A stretch of 63,215 nt of DNA, the filler included, from Dirinaria sp. TL-2023a (Eukaryota), in assembly GCA_051941275.1 (NCBI GenBank). It is 23 parts of 23 records of this genome, joined end to end, with 100 filler letters (N's around TTAATTAATTAA, not from the genome) between each part and the next. Parts side by side here need not be neighbours in the genome. Positions count along the whole stretch, not along the records: positions 35,998 to 38,647 come from JAVEBF010002236.1; positions 38,748 to 41,395 come from JAVEBF010002237.1; positions 41,496 to 44,140 come from JAVEBF010002238.1; positions 44,241 to 46,877 come from JAVEBF010002239.1; positions 46,978 to 49,613 come from JAVEBF010002240.1; 18 more parts are not named here. One strand, 5' to 3'. This document shows, in pieces, positions 36,004 through 48,131 of the stretch (within the stretch, counting starts at the first letter, position 1; each line of letters begins with the position of its first letter). Both the position numbers and the translations under genes were made by a program. The notes under the pieces are model-generated. The model did no database searches and was not told where the DNA came from. It saw only the letters and a program-made list of their open reading frames with translations.

Positions 36004-36133
36004 CAGAGTTCCAATTGGATTTAGACCCGAAAACGAATTGGATTTGGACCAGAAAGCGGCTATGACTCAGCTGTCCGGACCAATCGGAATTGGCCCCGAA
36101 TTGGATTTGGGCCCAAAACCACTTGGAACTATG
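36004..36133. mobile_element. MITE-like element (130 bp)
   Basis: Imperfect 25-bp TIR, CAGAGTTCCAATTGGATTTAGACCC vs CATAGTTCCAAGTGGTTTTGGGCCC (20/25). Flanks GCTAG/GTTAG may be a degenerate TSD. Confidence 0.55.
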
Positions 36134-36464
36134 GTTAGTGTTAGTTTACAACATTTTGTCGTGCGATCGCTGCTTTGTTTGCGTTCGAATTGTGGAGTTA
36201 ACTTCATTAACTAACTCTCGAAAGTCGCAATCCATAGTACAAAACTTGCACTCGCGATAACTTTTGCAATTCTTCATCGATTTTGACCCGCGAGAGCTTG
36301 TTGAAATGCGCTCGCTCAGCTCTACAATTTATACATACAACATTTTATCGTGCGGTCGCTGCTTGTCAGCGCACGCGATCGCGGAATCAGAGAACAAACA
36401 TCGTGGAATCAGACTACAGAAACGGGAGTGACTCAGCACCCGATCCAATGAAAAATCGTCTTGG

Positions 36465-36689
36465 TGTTACGAGCATGCACCTGGTATACTACCTGGGGCA
36501 ACACCTCCCAGGGGTCTCAGAGGTAATGCGCTAACCCGATCGGGGTGTTTACCCGACACCCGCACACACGCATATATACCCGGGACCCCCCATTGTATCT
36601 AGCTTCTCTTCTTCTTCTTTCCTTCCTTAGTGATAATATCCTTAGTTAATCATACCTGCATTGACCAGAGCTCTGCACCGGTTCTAACA
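36465..36689 (+). mobile_element. Solo LTR (225 bp)
   Basis: TGTTA...TAACA termini with a perfect 5-bp TSD CTTGG. Ends resemble those of 56485-56745. Confidence 0.9.
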
Positions 36690-37190
36690 CTTGGGCGGAA
36701 TCGGGCCCCCTTCTGCTTAACACTATGGTTAGAAAAGAGAAAATAATGTTAGAACTTCAAACTCAACATCGTGTTATAAAGTTTTCTACATCTAGATCAC
36801 TAGTGTTAGAGATTGAGAAATTCAACTTCTAGATCACTAGTGTTTATATATGAAATCCCCAGCACTTATAGTGTTAAAACACGAAGTCATAGATGATTAG
36901 ACACATGATGTGATGGGTAATATCATGGGTAAAAGCTATTGAACCTAGAGGTCCTAGGATACAAAGAAGAATATGTGTGTGGGAGGCAGCGGTCTAAACC
37001 CGATTGGGAAGTGCCTTCGCAAGCACATGGAAAATCCATAACACACAGACTACTTTCCATCTCATTTCGAGTATTCTCGTACATAGTCATAGTACCTTCA
37101 ATACCTCGTCTTCTGCCTATCTATAGGTGCTGTGACTCCCTTACATCGAAAGCTATAATCATCTTTTCGATAATTCTAATCTTGCTCCAT

Positions 37191-38647
37191 CTAGTAATGA
37201 GTTTCTCCTTCATTTTTCTGAGTTGACGAACGTTTTCTCACGAGCATGATCATGAACGGATTTGGTAATCGCGTGATACCAAAGCTAAAGAAGGGCGTAG
37301 CATGCGAGTTTTCCAGCTTGAATTCATACTCGACAAGCAGATGTGCGAGGACGATCTTCACGATCACTGACACGTAGAAGCGTGCCGGACTGCGCAGCGA
37401 TATAGATTAGCGCCGTGGTCTCCACTCAAAGTGGAGCGCTGAGTCCTCATCAGCGAAGACTTACCAAGCGTGACGGATTGACCCCCAGAACGGGAATTCT
37501 AGGCTTGGATGAGTGAACCGGGTTGCGGAACAACCATCACCATGTACAAATCGGAAGCCATTGAATGTGTCACCTCCTGGCCAAATCTTCGGATCGCGCA
37601 TCCAAGGCAGCTGTGGGACAGCAATCCAATTTCCTGTAGGAACAACGAGGCCATCAGGTGCGGTATAGTGGGACATAACTTTGCGGGGAACACTGACTAG
37701 AGTTCGGGCGAAAAGCGTCAGTAATCGAAGTGGTAGTGATCAGATCACATTCCATCCACAACACTCACGGATAGGGCCAGCACCCAAGCGGGCCGCCTCT
37801 TTCATGAAGCTGTCCATGTAGGGCATCTCGCGATTATTGTTGTCAAAGGATAGATCTTGTGATTCTTCGGCCTCAATCTTCAGCCTTTCGAAATATTCGG
37901 GATACAAGCAAATACGATACAGCGTAGACTGCGCAAGCTGAATTGTGAGCACAATACTTGTTAGCGCAACTTCATTAGGAGATTTTTTAATTGAACGCCT
38001 ACTATCGGGACCTGGAAGGCGCTCGCGAAGATAAGACCAAGTGCCATTTTGGCTACATCTGTTGCTTCTCGAATTCGGGCTGCCTCAGCGGTCCATTGTA
38101 CCATGTGTACCTACATGACGATGAGTATTAGGCCTAAAACTATGGACTTGGACTTGAGCAAAATCTCACCGCTTTCGCGCCGTCGTGACTCTCACCATGC
38201 AGTGCTTGATTTGTCAGGATGAGGCACAGCTCATAGATTTTCTGCCTGGAAACTCCCAAGCCCATCATGACCGGAGCGATGGCGCTGAAGACTTGTCAAT
38301 CAGCACGCATAAAGCTTTGTTCAGGAAAGGAGTTCTCACGGAAGAAGGATCGTAGGGCTGAGACTGAGGATAGGGAAAGCCCTGGCACAAGCCCAAAAAA
38401 AGCTCATCATGTCCTCATATATCTCTGTCCGCTCAGCTAGGCTCAATAGTCAGATGATGATTGTGCATCGCAAGACAGATCTAGACGATACCTAATGTGT
38501 CTCCGACTAAAACGAGGAGATTCACACGAGTGAAAAGACGAAGCAATGTCGGCATAAGCCGAATGCGTTTCCATTCAGCCTCGGAATCCGCTGAGTTTTC
38601 CTCTTAGAAGAACTTATCGTCAGCTTAGTGGCAGGAACGCTAGATAC
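37191..38647 (-). CDS. Cytochrome P450, C-terminal part, multi-exon, 5' truncated
   Basis: ExxR (MDSFMKEAAR), PERF-like (FNGFRF), and heme loop FWGSIRHAC/PARFY spliced across a GTAAGT-CAG intron. Resembles secondary-metabolism (ent-kaurene-oxidase-like) P450s. Confidence 0.9.
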
Positions 38648-39875
38648 NNNNNNNNNNNNNNNNNNNNNNNNNNNNNNNNNNNNNNNNNNNNTTAATTAAT
38701 TAANNNNNNNNNNNNNNNNNNNNNNNNNNNNNNNNNNNNNNNNNNNNATCTTAAGATATCTCCTTCCGCAATCCGCGGAGGGCAAACGTAAGGTAAGGTA
38801 CATGTAGGCTACAACGCTAATGCGGCGGCGACTTGGTGACGCTGCATAAATACCTGTAGGTATTCCTACCCGACCTATGCGCTACCGATCCTCGATACCA
38901 TCTTATTCCATGTTATGGATTTTTCCTCCTAGCGCCGAAAATAACTGCTTCCCTTGATTGCACATAGGCTTTCAAATGGCTCAAGCGAACGCTCAGGCCC
39001 AGGGATGGATTCTGATCAATTGGATTTCCTGAAGACGATCCACGTCCACCCGGTGAATCAGAGCTGTCATTGGGCTAGTAATGCCTTCACTATCTTGACT
39101 GCCTTTTAATTTGTCCACTCTCTAAGCAAAAGGAGTAAGGTGAACAGCTCTAATACTCCTGCTGATATGGATTCGAATAAGACAGTCGCTCCTGAAAGCA
39201 GCGTCAAATCAGGTGCACAGAGCATAAAGTGGAGATGCCGCTAACAGTAAAGCCGGAACGATTGGTCAACGTTTCCACGAAGATAATGCAACTATTCCAG
39301 AACGTTCTTGGTCCTGGGATCAATAATGCTGGGCCGGCTGCACTCCTTAACGCGGAGGGCAAGTTTACAACTGCCCCATTTTTTTCTGCACGTTTGGTAA
39401 CCCAGGGGCAAAAGGCGAACCGCGCAAGCCTCCAAAATTTTCTAGTCTAGTCGCAAAATGGATCTACCGATGAAGCACTGTCGGGGTAACCATATCATGG
39501 CTCTCGGACGGCAAAATCCCACAAAGGACGCGCCCTCTTCAACAAGAGAGTCTGTTGCTGTATCGCCCGTCTTTAGATTCTGAAAGGCTGCAAGAAGCTA
39601 AGCGTCCCGACTGAGCTGTCGTGACATATTGGGATCTTTTCCCCCTGCTATTGCAATCTTGCCTAATATGTCTTTCGCACACTACATATAGGCTACGGAA
39701 TCCCCAGCATTGGACTGGAGTATGCCGTTCACAGACATCTCCAACCCTGATATGTTTACAGAAACGTGCTACGATAAGAACCTTTTGAAAGTCTCTCCAA
39801 TCAAATCTCCTTTCCCATCCGTCGTATACTTTATCCCGAAACTCTCATATCGTTGTCGCGCCTGTTAGTGGAAAC

Positions 39876-41212
39876 ATGACTGAATCTCGGAATGAGCGAA
39901 ACACCACGCTCGAACGTTTTGCAAGACAATGGTATCAATGGTATGTCGAAGAAGGACTAACACTTCGTTGTTGCAAGGCGAGATTTGATTGCCTTTTTGA
40001 AATTCTACGATTACATGAGGAAGGGTCAAGCTATAGTGCAACGTAAGTATACCAAGTCTGCTCTCTCCAATGGAGCTAACTTAGCTTTCACCTATTCAGC
40101 GAGGAGGATTGGCACGAGTGCCGACGGAACTGGGCTACTCGTTGGAAGCTGCGAAGAAAGGATCCAATCTTGCCAGGAGAGCTCGCCACGCAAGAGTTGT
40201 GGTATAAAAGAGATCAAATACTGGAGAGCATACGTGATACTCATGCTGCAATCCGGAGGTGAGTATTAGAGAGATTTTTCACGAAATACTCTCACTGGTA
40301 TTGCAGAGAATTTGTCATCAACTCTAGTCCAGCCGAGCTTAAGCGTGAAGCTGAGATTTCGACGAGCCCAAGCATGGAGCTTGTAGCAGAAGAAGATCTG
40401 CTTGGAATCGATAAGATCGGCGAGGAGTAAGCGGTCTTTCCTAGCCTCTCGTTCCAGCTGACACATGGATGTCCTGCAGCTTCTTAGATGGAGACTCGAC
40501 AAGACAGAAGAAGACAGTGTGGGTAGATCAGCTATACAAAACGGATCGCGTCAAGACCGCCTCTTTGGAAGACCTTTGCTCCTTCAGCCATCCAGGGGAT
40601 AGTAACTCAGTTGGAGTCGAACCATCATACCAAGAACATTCTTTCGGTGGTTTAGGATCTTTGGACGACAGCAGCATAACGCTAGCATTCCCTACACAGA
40701 CCACGATGCGACAAGACTGCTTGCGTTATCAGGATCATAGCTCAGCATTTGTTGGAGAAGAAGCCTCAGCTTACACCACGCACGAGACTGATGACTCTAA
40801 GTACGTGTTGGATATGATTCAATCTAGACCCTATAAACGTGGCAAGCAAACTTACGGATCACCTAGTAACGCCAACAATATCTACCGGGCCTCTCATTGG
40901 CCTCGAAACCCTCACCGGCATAATGACGACACAATCCACGAATCGAACGCACCTGAAGCTACCCAGTCTCTGAATGGCTTTGTTACGCCTGGATTCCCGG
41001 TCTTGGGATGCACCGACATCGGCGCGTCTGGACACGCAAATCCTCGTTCTAGCATTCTTCCAGAGTCCCTGGGAATTCCTTCACCTCTCTCGCATGCACC
41101 CCTCTCGCATCCAAACGGTTCCACTTCGACTCCAGGCAGGATCTCGCCAGGAGTGATGTTCCAGGCCGATAGCTTAGGCTTGCAAAATCCTCATCACCTT
41201 GACCACTTATAA
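39876..41212 (+). CDS. Hypothetical protein with weak Clr5-like N-terminus, 4 exons
   Basis: GT-AG introns at 40043-40099, ~40259-40327 and ~40427-40479 link QWYQWYVEEGLTL...RWKLRRK in frame to ORF 40469-41212. The domain call is weak. Confidence 0.45.
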
Positions 41213-42823
41213 AAATCTCGACACGCAAAGACTGAGGAACTAGCTAGTGCGAATCCGGACTCCGTACTCGATTAGTTACAACAGTTGATTTTCTGAAAAG
41301 AAGCGTTTACGGGGTAAAAAAGGGAATATCGACTTTGCACTTGCTTGTAGTAACGGAGATGAGAATTGCTCTTCAAAAGTCATCAGTAGTAGTAGNNNNN
41401 NNNNNNNNNNNNNNNNNNNNNNNNNNNNNNNNNNNNNNNTTAATTAATTAANNNNNNNNNNNNNNNNNNNNNNNNNNNNNNNNNNNNNNNNNNNNAAAAA
41501 AAAAACCTATCAATACCTTCCAACCTCTTTGCTGCCTGAAAATCAAATATACTCGTCCCTCTAGTCTAAGAGAATGACGAGATGTATGCAAATGACGCTT
41601 TCACGAAGTGGGGATAAATTGATTCAGCATGAACGTGTCACTGTCGAATCGACGAATCATTAAGTTTTTAAAAGACGCGAAAAAGTAAGATGCCTTGCGA
41701 CTTTAAAAATGTGAAGCATCGAGATGTGGCGGAAGACATGAGGGTGATGTGTCAGTGGAAAACGATGGTGTGGCGGTAGTGGGATCCAATATTTAAGGTA
41801 CCTTAGGCAGAGTATGAATCTAATAATGATGAGATGTTCATATTCAGTGGGCAATACAACTTTATATAAAATAGACCATTAGTCCTCTCGGCAATCCAGC
41901 CTGGGCCTCGGCCCACTTGCGTTTAGTGTCGCTTTTTTTTTTTTTTTGTATGATAGAGAGTAAGGCTTAGAAGAAAGAAAGAATAGAAAAACTGCAACTC
42001 ATTTTTGTTTCGCACTTTGGGATATAAGAGTGCATCGTGTGCGCTGTAATAATCAAACAAATCAATAGTAGTGATACTGATGTAAAGGGATGAAGGGATG
42101 GAATGGACGGCTAGAGACTCTAGCGTATATTCATATATTATACACGAGTCACCAATTTAACAGAAGAATGAACATGCTGTATCCCAAGTCACTAGACATA
42201 ATTCCAATTCATTAGAACGTATTGGTAGTAAGATTGCTGGTGAAGAGGTATAAAGTGAGTCCACACTCACCATATCTGCGTGGTTTGGTTCGTGTTCTCC
42301 TCGGGATATTGCGTCAACTGCAAGTTCCGCATTTGATTGACTGTGGCTGGACTACTTGGGTGTTAATTGAACCCACAATGCCTCAGGAGCACACAAAGAG
42401 AGCTTGAGTAGAAAGAATTTATCGAATGCAGAAGGTGTCTCTAAGAACCTCTTGAAAGGGATTTACCCTGCAGAAGGACAGCGCATTTGACTGCACTTAG
42501 ACCAAACAGGCGGCACGGATCGCAGATCAGTCCGCGGTACTTTATTGTTTGGCACTTTAACAGAAGGCAGGTCTATAGTCGAATGACGAAAGCCTGACCC
42601 TCTCCCAACCCGCCAACCAAGATGGTGCTCGATGTTGCACCAAATGAATGGTGTCAAGTGTGAGGAGAGGACCACAGACGACTAATCGGGATCAAGTACT
42701 ATATGTACATTATCCAAGCCGTAACCTTCTCCGAGATGCAAGACCAGCTCTTAGCGAATCGTAAATATGCTCCTAACAGCCTTCTATAATGATGGTTTAT
42801 GTCCTTCCATGGCTTGCTGAAAT

Positions 42824-44140
42824 TTAGCCATCACCAAACTCCTCCCGCAAGTACTCCTCGTCCCGCGACCCAACATAAGCGCGTCTCACAAAACTAAACC
42901 ACAGTCTTTCTATCTCTTTTCGCCTCTCGTGCTTGCGCTTCTTCTTATCCTTCTTGGATTTCTTCTGTGCCCTTTCCGCGTCTTCGGATTCTGGCCATAC
43001 CCGATCGGCGCCCATTGACGCGTCATGAGCTCCTTTGTTTTTCTCATGCTTGAAGAAGATTAAATCGCGAGGCTTGTACTGCCCCATCTGGCTGGCAAGC
43101 TCGATATAGTTCCTGACAGTTAGATCCGTCATATTGAATGACGAATCCTTTCTCGTATCATATTCAACCTCATACTTGAATTGTTTGTGCTTATTTCTGT
43201 GTTGTGGTTTCTTACCAGAGTGCTTCCCTTCATGCCAGCGCAGCTCATCCAGACTTGAATCTAACGCAAAGTCTGCCAAGTCAGGATAGGAGGGGGGTTC
43301 CGAATCTGAAGGCAGTGACTCTGGAGTAAAATCATCATTGATTGTGGTGAGATTTGCATAGTATTGAGTGTAGCCGATCCAGGTAAAGGTTTGCGGAGAA
43401 TAGGCAGGCCCAGGAGGTGAGGTCTTGGAGGGCGGCTGAGGTGTTCTAAACTTTGGTTTCCTATACTTCTTCTTTGCCTTGGATCCTTTGTACATCTTTT
43501 TTGTCTCAGCCTCGCGTACAGAACAGTGATCCTCCATATCTACCCGGGTTGCAACGTCCATGTCGACGAGATCAGGACGCCATGCAGCTCGTGGCGCAGT
43601 ATTGAGAGCATCGAGACCAGTGATGTTATACTCGAAAACGCGCATTGTAGGGTAATAATTAGGGACAACGCTAGGAGAGACCAGCGAGATACTAAAGCGC
43701 TCGCCCCAAGGGCCACCAATCTTGTCGAAGTATTTCTGTTGTCTGGATTTCTTAGACTTCCTGCCCCTCCTCTTTCCGGATCTTGATGTTAGATCAATGC
43801 CTTTTCGTTTGGGCAAATTTTCCCATCCGGTGCGAAGATCGGATAGATATTCGGCAGAGGACTTTATACTGAGATCATCATCAAGAGTGGTTCTCTTTGT
43901 GACCTTAGCTTCACCTTCCATAATATCCAGATCTATCTCTTCCCAATCCTGCAGCATAAAATGATCGATGTTCATGTGGCCATATAGCGAGCCAACAACA
44001 ACATCCCGGTATTGCTGCATCCACAATGTATACTTTTGCCAGCAGGTCTCATCCCAGCTCATCTTACTTTCGGTTCTTGCAGGAGCTACGTGGCCGGTTA
44101 TGATCGCCTTCATTCCCCTCTGCCGTATAAATTGTAACTG
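42824..44140 (-). CDS. PPN1: Vacuolar endopolyphosphatase, C-terminal part
   Basis: GMKAIITGHVAPAR, SWDETCWQKYTLWMQQYRDVVVGSLYGHMNIDHFM, SPSVVPNYYPTMRVFEYN, PPGPAYSPQTFTWIGYTQYYANLT. Confidence 0.92.
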   Translation of the reverse strand, partial: QLQFIRQRGMKAIITGHVAPARTESKMSWDETCWQKYTLWMQQYRDVVVGSLYGHMNIDHFMLQDWEEIDLDIMEGEAKVTKRTTLDDDLSIKSSAEYLSDLRTGWENLPKRKGIDLTSRSGKRRGRKSKKSRQQKYFDKIGGPWGERFSISLVSPSVVPNYYPTMRVFEYNITGLDALNTAPRAAWRPDLVDMDVATRVDMEDHCSVREAETKKMYKGSKAKKKYRKPKFRTPQPPSKTSPPGPAYSPQTFTWIGYTQYYANLTTINDDFTPESLPSDSEPPSYPDLADFALDSSLDELRWHEGKHSGKKPQHRNKHKQFKYEVEYDTRKDSSFNMTDLTVRNYIELASQMGQYKPRDLIFFKHEKNKGAHDASMGADRVWPESEDAERAQKKSKKDKKKRKHERRKEIERLWFSFVRRAYVGSRDEEYLREEFGDG

Positions 44141-45464
44141 NNNNNNNNNNNNNNNNNNNNNNNNNNNNNNNNNNNNNNNNNNNNTTAATTAATTAANNNN
44201 NNNNNNNNNNNNNNNNNNNNNNNNNNNNNNNNNNNNNNNNGTTCCGGTAGTGGATTTACCTCTTGAACATACAGTGAACAGATAAAGACAGATAGAGTCA
44301 ATCAGAGGAACTCTGAATCGGCAGCTCTGGCCAAAATCTTGTAGTTCGAAATTCAACAAAACATTCTATTCCTTTGACGAAATGCTCGCTATCTGCATGC
44401 ATTGCACCTCTTCCAACCCCTTCGGTTCTTCAAATCGTGTAAATGTTGACTTCGAAATAGTCGTTTGCAGTTTCTTCATGCTTTGCTTTGCTCCGAACAA
44501 CCACACATTGACGCCGATCCAGTGGTGGCCCGAGGGCAACCAGAGCAATTCCTCGCTAAGGATCGATTTGTTTTTAAGGATCGCTATATCATAAGTATGA
44601 AGATGGTTTTGTCAAAACAGACTGTTATCAAGGATCCTTTGAGATTGAATCTTTGCAAGTGAATACGAATTAAGAGGAATTTTCAGTTTTGCGGCGATAG
44701 ATTGGAGAGGTCTATCGATGAGTTGTTTTTTCTTCTCTCTTTTCTTTTCTCATTCTCTCCTCCAAAGTGCGATCGATCATAGCACTAATGAGCCTTGTTT
44801 AGCGGTGAAAAATAACGGTATTATTCTCTCTTGAGAGAATATAGTTCCAAGAGAGAAAAAAAAGGCGGCCAAAGTTTTGAAGCTGATAGTGAAGAAACGT
44901 ACCTGGGTAGTATGCCAGGAATGCAAGGTCAGCTATTAGTATCAAAACGAGTGATTTTCCCGAGACTGGAAGCTTCATTCGACGTATGCATGTGTGTTGC
45001 GAAATCTTGACATCTCAAAACTGTTCTCTTCTCTACATGCGCAGTCATCAGCTCATATCAGATAAAGTTCAGCTCTTCGTTTTCACTTAACAATATCAGT
45101 ACCCTTCGATCTTTTGCCGTCTTAGAATTTAATGTATCTGTTGCTCTCTAGCGAAAGAACGTAATTCAAGAAAATTACGTTGCTTTGAAGTGGCCATGAT
45201 CTAATTCACCATGAAAGTGCCACTGTCAAATCGGTAAATCGTTGACTGTCAAAAGAAGCTAGAAAAAGAAGATGGCTTTACAATACTAATTCCGAAGCAT
45301 TGATTGTAGAGGAAGACACCGGTAGACGACAGTAAGTAGTAGTAAATACGCAAGTTGGGGGGGAAGCATTTTAAGATGCTAAGATTTTATAAAACACATG
45401 CATACGTCAAATAGGGGTCATCGGTATACATACGCCTCCGTACTCTATGGATCGTAGATGACCT

Positions 45465-46877
45465 TCATGTTCTTTTTCCTTCCTCGTTACCTCTATTATT
45501 GTGTCTCGTGACCCTGTAGGATCCGATGGCTCCAGCATCTTGAAGATGTTGCAAGGTCGTCGTTATAGACCGGATGGGATCATCACTGGAGCCTGGAACA
45601 GGGTTAGCATCACGAGCATGACGGTCTGCGTTGGCCGTCTTCATGGCGAGAACTTTATCGCGTTCGTCAACCAAGCTCTCCCAAGCCTGCGGTTTGTTTT
45701 GGCGAAAGGGTCTGAAAATCTCGGTCGCGGTATCGATATGTCGGAAGGCGTCTTCATACCTCTCCCGCTTCAAATCTAGGACGGCTAGACTCTCGTAAAT
45801 GACTGCTTTGCGCTCCTCGCCGTTGATTCCGTCGAGCTGGCGTTCCAAAGTATTTCGGAGCTCCTGCTCCAGCGAATCAATCTCTTCGGGAGCTTCGACC
45901 GCAGCGATCTTTCCAGCCATGTCATAACCGATCATGCCGGCCTGAGATCCGAGCGTGTTTCCATACAACTCGGCAACAGCGTAGTCGGCGTTGAAGATCT
46001 CCTTCATGGCGCTTGACCGATCTTGGTCGCCAATTGTGTGGCGCGCCAGTCTTGTCCTAGCTGCTGCCAGCAGTTTGACATTGACCTCGTAGCAGTCACT
46101 GCGAGTCTGTAAGTTTCTCGCAATGCCTTCCAGTAGCTCCGAGTCATTGTGTTGGACGTCGAGCAATTCAGCCATCATGTCCGCGTCATGGATCGCGCGA
46201 AGGCAGCGCATTTCCAGCAGTCCTCGCTCATTCGCGACATAATCATTGCCGCCAAGTCTCGCGATCTTTTGGATTGTCTTGAAAGCAAATGAAAAGAGTT
46301 TCTGGGCGACAGAAGGTCTATGAAGGGCCAGCGGAAGTCCAAAGACCTCGAGAAATCGATCACACAGATCAAGGACGACGGGTGCGCGCCGTTCGACGTA
46401 AAAGACTGACCAGTGGAGAATGTCGAAAGTAACGCAGTTGAAAAAATCGGCCTCCATGCCAAGTGAAAATTTGCATGCAGTCGCGTAATTTGGGAAGATA
46501 GCGTCCAGCTCGCTTTTTGCTTCGGGGTCCGTAAGAAGGCTAGGGTGCATCGACCAATGCCGTGTCTGATAGCTTACAAGCCGGTGAAAAGCCACCTGCA
46601 TGGCATGGGCTGCCCATTCAGGCAGCGCAAAAGGCTGGCTTCGAAGCACAAGGGTCATCAGAGGATGTATGCGTACAGACTGATCGTGTTCGTTTGCATT
46701 CCCCAAGGATTTGCGGAAGAACCCTTTCTCCTCGCATAGTTGAAAAGCCTGCTCCAGAGAGCGCAAAGTGGAGACTTTGATCGCTGGAAATCCCCGGCCT
46801 TTGGCAGCAACGTCAAATTCTCCCTCGGAGAACATTTCAAGCAATGCTTTAATCCAAGAATTTGGTAGGTTGAAAAA
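45465..46877 (-). CDS. Hypothetical helical/TPR-like protein, possibly the C-terminal half of an NLR; 5' truncated
   Basis: Open frame of more than 459 aa with VRIHPLM (MHD-like) and TPR-like AVIYESLAVLDLKRERYEDAFRHIDTATEI. Confidence 0.55.
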   Translation of the reverse strand, partial: FFNLPNSWIKALLEMFSEGEFDVAAKGRGFPAIKVSTLRSLEQAFQLCEEKGFFRKSLGNANEHDQSVRIHPLMTLVLRSQPFALPEWAAHAMQVAFHRLVSYQTRHWSMHPSLLTDPEAKSELDAIFPNYATACKFSLGMEADFFNCVTFDILHWSVFYVERRAPVVLDLCDRFLEVFGLPLALHRPSVAQKLFSFAFKTIQKIARLGGNDYVANERGLLEMRCLRAIHDADMMAELLDVQHNDSELLEGIARNLQTRSDCYEVNVKLLAAARTRLARHTIGDQDRSSAMKEIFNADYAVAELYGNTLGSQAGMIGYDMAGKIAAVEAPEEIDSLEQELRNTLERQLDGINGEERKAVIYESLAVLDLKRERYEDAFRHIDTATEIFRPFRQNKPQAWESLVDERDKVLAMKTANADRHARDANPVPGSSDDPIRSITTTLQHLQDAGAIGSYRVTRHNNRGNEEGKRT

Positions 46878-46977
46878 NNNNNNNNNNNNNNNNNNNNNNN
46901 NNNNNNNNNNNNNNNNNNNNNTTAATTAATTAANNNNNNNNNNNNNNNNNNNNNNNNNNNNNNNNNNNNNNNNNNNN

Positions 46978-47702
46978 ACAATGTATTTCTGAAACTCGAC
47001 GAGATACTTGACGTAAGATTTGTTAGCTTGTTTAAGGTTATTGATCTTGTTCTGAGCAGTCGTAGTACGATCGAGATCGTCGAATGTTTCTTGCATCCAG
47101 ACGAAGAACTGCTCAGGGGTATCAATCACGCCGATACCATGAGTGGACGATCCGCCTTCGATGATGGGCAAAGCTTGGTCGGCGGCGGAGCCGGAAAGTC
47201 GTGAGTGTAGGTAGTAGGTCATACTACGAAGAGTTTCTTCTTCTGTATCTCCCACAAAGTGGTCTCGATTACGATCGAGCTTGATGCGACAATTAAAAAG
47301 AAACGAGCGTAATTCCTCGCGTTTGGTCCCATCGAACTTATCTGGGTCAGGATGTTTCGAGCTTCGCTCTTTCTTGGGATGAGACGTAAGGGAGGAGAGC
47401 CGAGTCACTTCGGCAGTATGTTGACGATTAAGGTCTTCGACAATTTCGTTGTTAAGGTCTAAACGGGTATTGAAGTCGAAGACTTGCTTGGTAGAGTGAT
47501 CTTCCATGGCTCGAAGGTTTCCAACTACATGGGCGAAGAGGTTGTACCAGGCACCGGGATTCTCCTTGACAGCTTCACTCCAGGCATCCTTACCTTGTTG
47601 AGCGACCTCGAGGTCAGGGAGGTCCGGCAGAGTATGATAAGGTTGATAGCCCTGTGGTCTATCACCAAGAGGTAGAGGTAGGTCGCGAGAAGAATCACCC
47701 AT
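46978..47702 (-). CDS. Retrotransposon Gag, 3' truncated
   Basis: KHPDPDKFDGTKREELRSFL...YLHSRLSGSA...AQNKINNLKQANKSYVKYLVEFQ. Confidence 0.88.
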
Positions 47703-47763
47703 GGCTTGCTAATGCATTAGCAATCGGGTGATTTACTTGACTATAGTGGTCGGTGGTTTGTAA

Positions 47764-48042
47764 TGTCACGAGAGCGAGCTTGGACAAGGATTACTTGACT
47801 TAGATCAAGATTATTATACAAGACAAACCACGAAGAAGAAAAAAGAAAAGAAGCAATCTATGAAGAATAAAGGGGTTTAAGAACCCCGGGGCTGTGTCGC
47901 TTAACCTCAGACATCGCCATTGCCGATAAGCGAACTCGAACTTTCAATGTCAAGAATAACATACGCCAAGAACGATAAGCGAATTCTGCCAAGACCTGTC
48001 ACGGGGATATTCGTTCTAGGTAACAACCATGAAACCGTGACA
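47764..48042 (-). repeat. LTR (279 bp)
   Basis: 7-bp terminal inverted repeat TGTCACG/CGTGACA, starting 3 nt after the PPT. Confidence 0.9.
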
Positions 48043-48131
48043 GTACCTCCCCCTTTCGAAAAAGACGAGCTCCTGCGAGTCCATGCTTAGCGACAAGTAT
48101 AAGAGGTGAAGGCCGTGGTCTTGCTTGATGT

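Noticed and set aside
15630..46877. HET, NLR, F-box and P450 genes forming a defence island or Starship cargo
   Set aside because: All are on separate unlinked contigs, and no captain-type tyrosine recombinase is visible.
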